Below, piece by piece: positions 1-9,889 of a DNA stretch of 64,000 nt. Positions within the stretch are counted from its first letter, which is position 1, and every line of letters starts with the position of its first letter. A model generated the notes under the pieces. The model saw only the letters and a list, made by a program, of their open reading frames with translations, made no database searches and was not told where the DNA came from. Source of the DNA: Bugula neritina (lineage: Eukaryota; Animalia; Bryozoa); the NCBI GenBank assembly GCA_964035545.1, contig OZ037766.1:18501081-18565080 (forward strand). The letters run 5' to 3'. The translations under genes and the position numbers were made by a program.

Positions 1-3000
1 TTCAATAAATTTCAGTATGTTACAGTATATTTCCGTAAATTACACTATACTTCAGTGAGTTGTATATATTTCAGTATCTTGCAGTATATCTCAGTATGTT
101 ACAGTATATTTCAGTATGTTACAGTATATTTCAGTTTGTTACAGTAAATTTCAGTATGTTACAGTGCATTTGCAGATATTACACTATACTTCAGTGAGTT
201 TTAGTGTCTTTCATTATGTTGCAGTATATTTCAGTATGTTGCAGTAATTTGCAATACATTTTGTTATGTTACAGTGTATTTCAGTATGTTGCAGTATATT
301 TCAGTTTGATACAATAAATTTCAGTATGTTACAGTACATTTCCGTAAATTACACTATACTTCAGTGAGTTGTAGTATATTTCAGTATCTTGCAGTATATC
401 TCAGTATGTTACAGTATATTTCAGTATGTTGCAGTATATTTCAGCGTGTTTGAGTATATTTCAGTATGACACAGTGCATTTCCAGATATTACGCTATACT
501 TCAGTGAGTTTTAGTGTCTTTCAGTATGTTGCAGTATATTTCGGTGTTTTGCAACATATTTCAATATGTTGCAATGTATTTCAATATGTTACAGTGTATT
601 TCAGTATGTTGCAGTATGTTGCAATGTATTTCAGTATGTTACAATGTATTTCAGTAGGTTTCAGTATCTTGCAGTATATTTCAGCGTGTTTCAGTATATT
701 TCAGTATGCCACAGTGCATTTTCAGGTTATTCACTATACTTCAGTGAGTTTTAGTGTCTTTCAGTATGTTGCAGTATATTTCGGTATCTTGCAACTTATT
801 TCAATGTGTTGCAATGTAATTCAATATGTTACAGTGTATTTCAGTATGTTGCAGTACATTTCAGTATGTTACAGTATATTTCAGTATGTTGCAGTATATT
901 TCAGTGGGTTATAGCATATTTCAGTATGATACAGCGTATTTCAGTATGTTACAGTGTACTTCAGTATGTTGCAGTATTTTGCAATATATTTCAGTATGTT
1001 ACAGTGTATTTCAGTATGTTGCAGTATATTTCAGTATGTTACAATAAATTTCAGTATGTTACAGTACATTTCCGTAAGTTACACTATACTTCAGGTAGTT
1101 GTAGTATATTTCAGTATCTTGCAGTATATCTCAGTATGTTACAGCATATTGCATTGTGTTGCAGTGTATTTCAATATGTTACAGTGTATTTCAGTATGTT
1201 GCAGTATGTTGCAGTATGCTGCAGTATGTTGCAGTGTATTTCAGTATTTTAGAGTGTATTTCAGTATGTTGCAGTATATTTCAGCATGTTACAGTATATT
1301 TCAGTATGTTGCAGTATATTTCAGTGGGTTATAGTATATTTCAGTATGATACAGCGTATTTCGTTATGTTACAGTGTATGTCAGTATGTTGCAGTATTTT
1401 CCAATGTATTTCAGTATGTTACAGTGTATTTCAGTATGTTGCAGTATAATTGAGTATGTTACAATAAATTTCAGTATGTTACAGTACATTTCCGTAAATT
1501 ACACTATACTTCAGTGAGTTGTAGTATATTTCAGTATCTTGCAGTATATCTCAGTATGTTACAGTATATTTCAGTATGTTACAGTATGTTGCAATGTATT
1601 TCAGTATGTTACAGTGTAATTCAGTATCTTACAGTACATTTCCGTAAATTACACTACACTTCAGTGAGTTGTAGTATATTTCAGTATCTTGCAGTATATC
1701 TCAGTATGTTACAGTATATTTCAGTATGTTACAGTATATTTCAGTGTGTTACAGTAATTTTCAGTATGTTACAGTGCATTTGCAGATATTACACTATACT
1801 TCAGTGAGTTTTAGTGTCTTTCAGTATCTTGCAGTATATTTCAGTATGTTGCAATATTTTGCAATATATTTTAGTATGTTATAGTGTATTTCAGTACGTT
1901 GCAGTATATTTCAGTATGATACAATAAATTTCAGTGTGTTACAGTACATGTCTGCAAATTACACTATACTTCAGTGAGTTGTAGTATATTTCAGTATCTT
2001 GCAGTATATCTCAGTATGTTACAGTTGATTTCAGTATGTTCCGGTATATTTCAGCGTGTTTCAGTATATTTCAGTATGCCACAGTGCATTTTCAGATTAT
2101 TCACTATACTTCAGTGAGTTTTAGTGTCTTTCAGTATGTTGCAGTATATTTCGGTGTTTTGCAACATATTTCAATATGTTGCAATGTATTTCAATATGTT
2201 ACAGTGTATTTCAGTATGTTGCAGTATGTTGCAATGTATTTCAGTATGTTACAGTGTATTTCAGTAGGTTTCAGTATCTTGCAGTATATTTCAGCGTGTT
2301 TCAGTATATTTCAGTATGCCACAGTGCATTTTCAGATTATTCACTATACTTCAGTGAGTTTTAGTGTCTTTCAGTATGTTGCAGTATATTTCGGTATCTT
2401 GCAACTTATTTCAATGTGTTGCAATGTAATTCAATATGTTACAGTGTATTTCAGTATGTTGCAGTACATTTCAGTATGTTACAGTATATTTCAGTATGTT
2501 GCAGTATATTTCAGTGGGTTATAGCATATTTCAGTATGATACAGCGTATTTCAGTATGTTACAGTGTACTTCAGTATGTTGCAGTATTTTGCAATATATT
2601 TCAGTATGTTACAGTGTATTTCAGTATGTTGCAGTATATTTCAGTATGTTACAATAAATTTCAGTATGTTACAGTACATTTCCGTAAGTTACACTATACT
2701 TCAGGTAGTTGTAGTATATTTCAGTATCTTGCAGTATATCTCAGTATGTTACAGCATATTGCATTGTGTTGCAGTGTATTTCAATATGTTACAGTGTATT
2801 TCAGTATGTTGCAGTATGTTGCAGTATGCTGCAGTATGTTGCAGTGTATTTCTGTATTTTACAGTGTATTTCAGTATGTTGCAGTATATTTCAGCATGTT
2901 ACAGTATATTTCAGTATGTTGCAGTATATTTCAGTGGGTTATAGTATATTTCAGTATGATACAGCGTATTTCGTTATGTTACAGTGTATGTCAGTATGTT

Positions 3001-4268
3001 GCAGTATTTTCCAATGTATTTCAGTATGTTACAGTGTATTTCAGTATGTTGCAGTATAATTCAGTATGTTACAATAAATTTCAGTATGTTACAGTACATT
3101 TCCGTAAATTACACTATACTTCAGTGAGTTGTAGTATATTTCAGTATCTTGCAGTATATCTCAGTATGTTACAGTATATTTCAGTATCTTACAGTACATT
3201 TCCGTAAATTACACTACACTTCAGTGAGTTGTAGTATATTTCAGTATCTTGCAGTATATCTCAGTATGTTACAGTATATTTCAGTATGGTACAGTATATT
3301 TCAGTGTGTTACAGTAAATTTCAGTATGTTACAGTGCTTTTGCAGATATCACACTATACTTTAGTGAGTTTTAGTGCCTTTCAGTATGTTACAGTGTATT
3401 TCAGTATGTTGCAGTATTTTGCAATATATATCAGTATGTTACAGTGTATTTCAGTATGTTGCAGTATATTTCAGTATGTTACAATAAATTTCAGTATGTT
3501 ACAGTATATTTCCGTAAATTACACTATACTTCAGTGAGTTGTAGAATATTTCAGTATCTTGCAGTATATCTCAGTATGTTACAGTATATTTCAGTATGTT
3601 ACAGTATATTTCAGTTTGTTACACTAAATTTCAGTATGTTACAGTGCATTTGCAGATATTACACTATACTTCAGTGAGTTTTAGTGTCTTTCATTATGTT
3701 GCAGTATATTTCAGTATGTTGCAGTATTTTGCAATGTATTTCAATATGTTACAGTGTATTTCAGTATGTTGCAGTATGTTGCACTGTATTTCAGTATGTT
3801 ACAGTGTAATTCAGTATCTTACAGTACATTTCCGTAAATTACACTACACTTCAGTGAGTTGTAGTATATTTCAGTATCTTGCAGTATATCTCAGTATGTT
3901 ACAGTATATTTCAGTATGTTACAGTATATTTCAGTTTGTTACAGTAAATTTCAGTATGTCACAGTGCATTTGCAGATATTACACTATACTTCAGTGAGTT
4001 TTAGTGTCTTTCATTATGTTGCAGTATATTTCAGTATGTTGCAGTATTTTGCAATACATTTTATTATGTTACAGTGTATTTCAGTATGTTGCAGTATATT
4101 TCAGTTTCATACAATGAATTTCAGTATGTTACAGTACATTTCCGTAAATTGCACTATACTTCAGTGAGTTGTAGTATATTTCAGTATCTTGCAGTATATC
4201 TCAGTATGTTACAGTATATTTCAGTATGTTGCAGTATATTTCAGCGTGTTTGAGTATATTTCAGTATG
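1..4268 (+). repeat. Satellite array, left arm: 10-bp monomer / 20-bp dimer (CAGTATGTTR-CAGTRTATTT); runs off the window start
   Basis: Uninterrupted decamers with the CAGT core at a fixed position mod 10. It carries the same variant modules as the right arm and a partial internal repeat at 1610-bp offset (ORF-track pairs 426/2036 and 806/2416). Confidence 0.99.
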
Positions 4269-4290
4269 CACAGCATAATTAAGGTCATCC
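4269..4290 (+). repeat. Left terminal inverted repeat (22 bp)
   Basis: CACAGCATAATTAAGGTCATCC, immediately after the TG TSD at 4267-4268. Confidence 0.93.
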
Positions 4291-4536
4291 CCAGTAAAAT
4301 ATTGGCTCATAATCTAGTCTCAGTTCCTAGTTGCTATTGCTCTGTGGGCGGCATGCGTATTGCCTACTTGTCATAATTTAGCATGAGGTTGAACAATTGC
4401 CAACAGACCATCAAACTAGCTAGGGCTGCACCTGTTTATATTACAACCATGGCTACATTCTATTGAGCAAGTATGTGGTCATGGCAAGCCTCAGCATCAC
4501 CTCATTATTATTATTACAAGAGACTAGTGGCTCTTT

Positions 4537-7440
4537 TCATGTGCAATGTACTTGATGTACAAAGGAAGATAATTTTCGTAACTTCTTTTTCAACAAACCA
4601 TGTAAAACTATTTCAGATTCTGAAAGCAAGCTAAATGCTAAAGCTAACTCAATATTTATCCATTTGCCTAGTCTAATAAAGTTGTTAATAATTACAGGCT
4701 TGACTACAACTTTTGAACTTTCAATGCACATATTATTTAAATAACGTGAAAAGGCAGCCGTAACAAATAATTTAGAGATGCTCTTCTCTCAAAGCATAAT
4801 GTTTTTAGGCTAGACTAATAATCTATCTGTTCACTACCATTGACTAACCTAAAGCCAAACTTACCTTCATCATTAAAATCCTCTTTTAGTTGCAAAAACA
4901 CTTCTCAGTGCTAAACTATTACAATCAGTTAAGGACTCTGCACAATAGCTTAGAATAGTAAAGAGACTTGCATATAGATCAGATAGTCATGTGTGAGATT
5001 TTGTTGGTAGCTGTAATGATCAGATATGCAGAATTTTGTGTGGCCACTTTGAGTTTAGATGGTTTGGGTAAAGGATTTGATCGCTGCAAGTTTCTAATAT
5101 AGCTAGTAGGTACTTTTGTGGTCCCATTGTACATTAGTATAAGCAGTAATCAACACTTATTGAAGTGAGTTGGAACTTTGAACTATATAAAATGTTAGAC
5201 CGTGAGCCTGTGCTTTAAATATATTCTATTTGCTCTCTGTTTTATACAGTCTAAACTTTAAAAGGTCCAATCAAGCCTAAATGGCTTCTATCTAAATGTC
5301 CAAAAACTGGCTATGAGCTGTATCTTGTTGCCTTGCACTGAGAAATAAATTTGAGGCCAGCAAACAACTGGGCTCCTTTGTACTCCTGGCAGCTATCAAT
5401 AGTTGGTTATCATAGCTGCGCAGTGTTCACTGAAGCATGATATCATCGGCTTGTATACAAACTCGGAGCCAAGATTATCAACTAATTTATGTTTCTAAAT
5501 TTAGCATCTAATAGAAAAAGCTGTGTCTAGTTAGACTGACTGACCGACACTATGCTTGCCTGAGTGAAACATTCAAGATGAAAAGTTTTAATCTTAGCTA
5601 GACAAGTATTGAGAATTTGAAAAGAAAATTTCCTTAAGATAAAAGAAGATGTCCAGTGAATTCAGTTTTGTTTCCGGCCTGATAGGTGTCAGTTAATCAG
5701 CTCAGATATAACTAGCAATGCATTTTCTATTATTCTGATGCTGCAGTTATAATATTCCATAACAAGAATTGACTCAATAATTTAGGCATATGCAACAAAT
5801 CAACCAGTTTTATTCAAGTTAACACCAGATAGCCATTGCTAAAGATCAAAACGAAAATCAGTGTGGATTTTCAAACATAGTATAATATATATACACGTAT
5901 GATCAGGCATAGAAGTAGCAAGTTCAATGAATAATGTAAACATGCAGAAGGTGTAACAGCTGTATACTATTGTGAAGGAATAAGTCAGGACTTGTCATAG
6001 CAATACATCCTATAAGTATATTACAAACATGGGAGAAATAATAGGTTAGTTCCCTAATTACTTTTCTTGAACATACATTACAATATTGAATGTCAAAACT
6101 GATTTTGTAAAAAAGCAGAATCTATAAAAATTCAAGCTGCAAAAGCCTAACCAAAAGGCACATTGCTGGGGTGATTAGTCCTGTCAATTATTAATAATTT
6201 TAGTTTTTACATCTGGTAATAAAAGTCCTATTTTTGCAGGTAGAGTCTTGATATATAGGTGTCAGTTGTAGAGTATTATGCTTTTTAAACATAAAAATAT
6301 ATCGTCTTGCAAGAGTATAGAGAATCTAAAGATCCTAAAAGCTGATGCTGACATAGAAAGGATGTCCTGAGTACACATGCTATAGCATTTCTTTGACAAA
6401 ACCTAATCATCTAGTAGCCCACTTGTTTTTGGAACTCAATCTAAAAATATAAATAGCAGTTTTCTCAATACATTGAAAAGTAATTTGCAACATTTTGAAT
6501 TTGAATTAACATGTTCATACACCACATGCAGTTAGTACTATAGTAATCTTATATATTCTGTAAAATCTACCTATACTGTAATCATGCAGATCAAAGCTGC
6601 CTGCTGGTGACTTTTTAAAAAACACAGCTCATAATTACAATTACTATTAGGTTGGATGCTCCCTTGAAATTGTATTTTTCAAATAATTTCTTAGTAGATA
6701 TGATGGCCATGATGACTCCAATTCTTTTGAAACATATGCTTATAATGTATTTTAAGTTGGTCACTCACAGTAAATGTAGTTAGGTATGCAAGTAGTAGTA
6801 CAATTAGAGTTACTAAACAAAAGATTTTTAGTGCAAAACTATATTTTCTATGTGCCTACTCAACTACAGTACTCTAAATAATTGGAGAAAAAAGTGATAG
6901 TCAATAATAAATTTGGCCATTTTTCTTAGAGTTAATTACATAATGATGAAATGAACTCTGACAATTTTGATCTAGTCTTACAGTCTTAGTAATAGTTCTA
7001 CCATCAATGCATTCCTATTATACTATGCCTTTTTTATGAATATAAAACTCAATTTTGAAGTTTAGTTATACTGTGCAATGCTATAATAATAATAGTAATA
7101 TGAATATAGTAATAGTTATAGTACACAGTATAGGTCTACTGTAATACTAATAGTACAACTATACAAATTCTATAAAATTATCAAAAATAACTATATTATT
7201 GCTTGAAAGCAATATGAAATATGCGAATTTGCTGAAGGAAGCAGTGATATTCACTTACCCTTGAAGTTAAACTTTTAAAGTTAATCAAAGTACACTCTTT
7301 CATCCTAGGTTTGAGAGGTAAAAGACGTTTTTCACTCCATTTTAAAATGATAATCCCACCGCCAGTTGGCAAGTTCACTTCACAGATTGCGTTTTAACAT
7401 CGAAGTTTTTATTTACGAAGCTAGCTTTTACTAGTAACAT
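4537..7440 (-). pseudogene. Putative decayed spliced gene B inside the transposon (about 9 exons, roughly 680 codons, unknown product with an N-proximal hydrophobic segment)
   Basis: Candidate exons: 7440-7259, 6873-6769, 6723-6571, 6440-6062, 6009-~5901, 5838-5560, 5494-5161, 5093-4865, 4809-4537. Canonical donors are GTAAGT (7258, 4864), GTGAGT (6768), GTAGAT (6570) and GTAATT (6061); two are non-canonical (GC at 5559, AT at 5160). Several acceptors are pyrimidine-rich AG sites. Most introns are 45-67 nt, some with CTAAC/CTGAT motifs, and three exons are phase 0/0 (105, 153, 279 nt). It has many stops and several frameshifts. Confidence 0.55.
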
Positions 7441-7777
7441 ATCCAATCGGGCAAGATAAGTAACGCTTACAGCTACGTATGATATTATGCAGAGCAGTTA
7501 GTTTGAGGACAGTGCACTGCAGCAGCGGAATGACTAGGGTAGGTTTTGGGAGGGGTGAATATGAATTATAAACGTTCTATGTGCTTTTTTGAAAGCATTA
7601 TGATAGCATGCGCTTTAGTCATTTATATATAAAATAAAACTTATTGTTTTATAAATTATAATTTACTTATTTATCTATTTTACTATTGTTTTAAAAAATT
7701 GATAAAACTTTGAACACCCCCTCATAATACCACAACCACACTCCACTCCTTTAGTTATAACCTAATTAGATTAGAAG

Positions 7778-9119
7778 TCACATCTTCAATACAAACAAGC
7801 TATTCCGATGTCTGCTGCTGGCATTAGCTTGAAACTGCAGTGAAGCTCTTACTGAGCTAGTAGACTGAAAGTGCACTACCTATAGTTATCTACCAATGTA
7901 ATGAATTGGTGTAAGCAGTAAAGGAAATGAGTAGTATATATGTGTACAGAAACTTGTACTCAAATGCTAGAACCCCATAGTTATGGTTATTTGAGATTCA
8001 GTCAGGTCCAAAAGAAATCGTGAAATTAAATACCCATTTATTTTACATCATGCTGAATCTGGTCACATAATTGACTATTTAAAGCTAATTGTAATTAAAA
8101 CCATATTGCAATATAAAATAACCTGCCTAAGTTGCTCATTATTGACAAGTAGTCTAGTTGGGCATTTAAGTTCAAATTCGCGTGAGCTCATTTCAGCTAA
8201 AAATAGCAGCACCTTGTCACTGGGTATGAAGGGCTGGTCACTGCCAGAGCCATTAGCAAAATGGCTTACTGCTATTGCAAGCCTGCTACATACAAGCCTC
8301 TTACGTGCAAGCACTATTTATCAATCAGAAACTACTTATTTAATTGTAAGCTACCAGAATTTTAATACTTTATTATAAAAAAAAGTTGCCTGGTAGGTGC
8401 AATAGCAGAAAAGCTTAAACAGCCTATAAGTTCTTAAATTTTTCAAGAAATTCTAATTTGGTAACCTGTCGGAATTCTCTCTAAACTTCTTAAGCTGCAT
8501 CTCACTGCCTATAATAGGCCCAATAATACGAAATGCAGGGTTTAATTTCTCAATACCCTCATCACTGCACACACCACATACTTATACTTAGCTGATAAGA
8601 CTTTACTACTATTGTTTACAGAAAATTATGCAATTACTATTCAATTGACTAAGAATTCCCTCCAACAATTTTGTAGACTCCGGAAAAAAAATTTAATGTT
8701 TTAAAATAATTTGGTTACAAATGTATTATTAGAATAATTTAGATTACTCTACAGAACAATAAATTTGCTTTGAAATCACACACAAAAGGTATAAAATTTA
8801 GTGGCTTTAACTTTCACTAGCATCCTAAGATGTCTGGGTTATCATGCAGGCTGTATTACTAAACTGCTTTGCACTAGAAAGAAACAAGTCGAAGCAGGAA
8901 ATGTATGCAGGCTTCAGAAACTGCTTTATATAAATATACGACTGAAATCTAGATTCAGAGTAGATTGCACATTGTACAGCCTCGCGTCCATAGGCAGTAC
9001 AGCAATATTGCAACAGCCGGATTACAATTACTAAGCTACTATCTAATAACCAGTCTATACCATGTAATTAGTTTAGTGCAGAGATGAACTTTAACCCTTT
9101 GGTTTAGCGCGCAAAACAT
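7778..9119 (-). pseudogene. Putative decayed spliced gene A inside the transposon (about 5 exons, roughly 330 codons, unknown product)
   Basis: Candidate minus-strand exons: ~9119-8810 (ATG at 9119; ~80 open codons 9067-8828), ~8680-8390, 8313-8123 (open, LARKRLVCSRL...NNEQLRQ), 8058-7960 and 7879-7778 (open to TGA). GT-AG introns of 64 nt (8122-8059) and 80 nt (7959-7880) keep phase 0. It has several in-frame stops and at least one frameshift, and the first two junctions are uncertain. Confidence 0.5.
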
Positions 9120-9212
9120 GAATCTTAGGTCGCGCGAGCTCCCTGCAATCAGTGATGGCTAGTATAACAGCGCAGCTCTACGGCGTTCAGCCAAGCGTGC
9201 AGACTAAGCGAG
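9107..9212 (-). promoter_or_regulatory. CpG-rich patch, candidate promoter / 5' region of gene A
   Basis: A cluster of CpGs (gcgcgc, tcgcgcga, gcgc, acggcg, gcgt, gcga) in an otherwise CpG-poor element. It overlaps and lies upstream of the minus-strand ATG at 9119. Confidence 0.35.
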
Positions 9213-9288
9213 AAGTAAAATTTTTAATAAAATCAGTGTATAAATTACACGTTTACACCAATTCTATTGAGGTTATCTGAAAACTTTG

Positions 9289-9561
9289 AAAAGCCTCTAA
9301 TAGACAAATATCTTATAACTCTCTGTTTCAATTTTTGGAGAGATCTGTTGCTTAGGAATTGAATAATTCGTGGGGCACTGAGACCATGTTTTTTTATGCG
9401 AAAATGGGCAATTTTTGACTGTTTTTGAAGCATAAAAATGCAACGAGTTTGGCAGGTAAAGATTTTAAAAAAGCCTCTAATAGAGCAGCAAATGATTTAC
9501 AAGATGGTTTTTGAATTTTGATTCTAGCCTCAAAATTAGTTGAGTTATGAGTGGGGCACTG
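9289..9561 (+). repeat. Subterminal bipartite direct repeat of the transposon right end (two units, ~180-bp period)
   Basis: AAAAGCCTCTAATAGA is exact at 9289-9304 and 9469-9484. GTGGGGCACTG is exact at 9370-9380 and 9551-9561. The intervening sequence has diverged but keeps its length. Confidence 0.85.
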
Positions 9562-9609
9562 TTTCATATATAATTATAATGGAGCAATGAAATTACTGAT
9601 TCAGTAGAA

Positions 9610-9631
9610 GGGTGACCTTAATCAAGCTGTG
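9610..9631 (-). repeat. Right terminal inverted repeat (22 bp)
   Basis: GGGTGACCTTAATCAAGCTGTG, immediately followed by the TG TSD at 9632-9633. Confidence 0.93.
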
Positions 9632-9889
9632 TGACACAGTGCATTTCCAGATATTACGCTATACTTCAGTGAATTTTAGTGTCTTTCATTATGTTGCAAT
9701 GTATTTCAGTATGTTACAGTGTATTTCAGTAGGTTTCAGTATCTTGCAGTATATTTCAGCATGTTGCAGTATATTTCAGGATGTTGCAGTATATTTCAGT
9801 ATGTTACAGTGTTTTGCAGTATTTTGCAGTATATTTCAGTGTGTTACAGTATATTTCATTATGTTGCGGTATGTTACAGTGTATTTCAG

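Larger units (their letters stand above)
4269..9631. mobile_element. 5363-bp cut-and-paste TIR DNA transposon, apparently non-autonomous; CAC-terminal with 2-bp TSD, most compatible with the CMC (EnSpm/CACTA-Mirage-Chapaev) group
   Basis: The left end CACAGCATAATTAAGGTCATCC matches the reverse complement of the right end CACAGCTTGATTAAGGTCACCC at 19/22. TG is duplicated at 4267-4268 and 9632-9633. Removing the element plus one TG restores tcagtatgacacagtgcatttccag, seen intact at 461-485 and 12116-12140. The 5-bp phase shift of the satellite across the insert equals 5365 mod 10. The superfamily call is an inference from termini and TSD only. Confidence 0.93.

Noticed and set aside
7075-7200. 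AT-rich (TAA/TAG)-like low-complexity tract, with a similar tract at 7621-7710
   Set aside because: Degenerate and short, consistent with intron and intergenic sequence. No defined repeat unit or nested element ends were found.
4537-9119. Alternative genetic code (TAA/TAG = Gln) making the genes intact
   Set aside because: In-frame TGA codons, frameshifts and damaged splice donors also occur, so decay is the simpler explanation.
8106-9433. Small ORFs 8106-8378(+), 8801-9034(+) and 9245-9433(-) as standalone genes
   Set aside because: The first two have non-ATG starts and are antisense to candidate exons of gene A. The third lies in the subterminal repeat region. None has a recognisable domain.
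4279-9621. Alternative reading as a TTAA-flanked element (TTAA-GGTCA...TGACC-TTAA; Kolobok/piggyBac-like)
   Set aside because: It would leave non-satellite, mutually inverted sequence outside the TTAAs. The CACAG...CTGTG ends with a TG TSD restore the satellite exactly.
9635-9641. CACAGTG as a V(D)J RSS heptamer or Transib/ProtoRAG end
   Set aside because: No nonamer at 12/23 spacing, it is simply a monomer variant, and the element's TSD is 2 bp rather than the 5 bp of Transib/RAG transposons.
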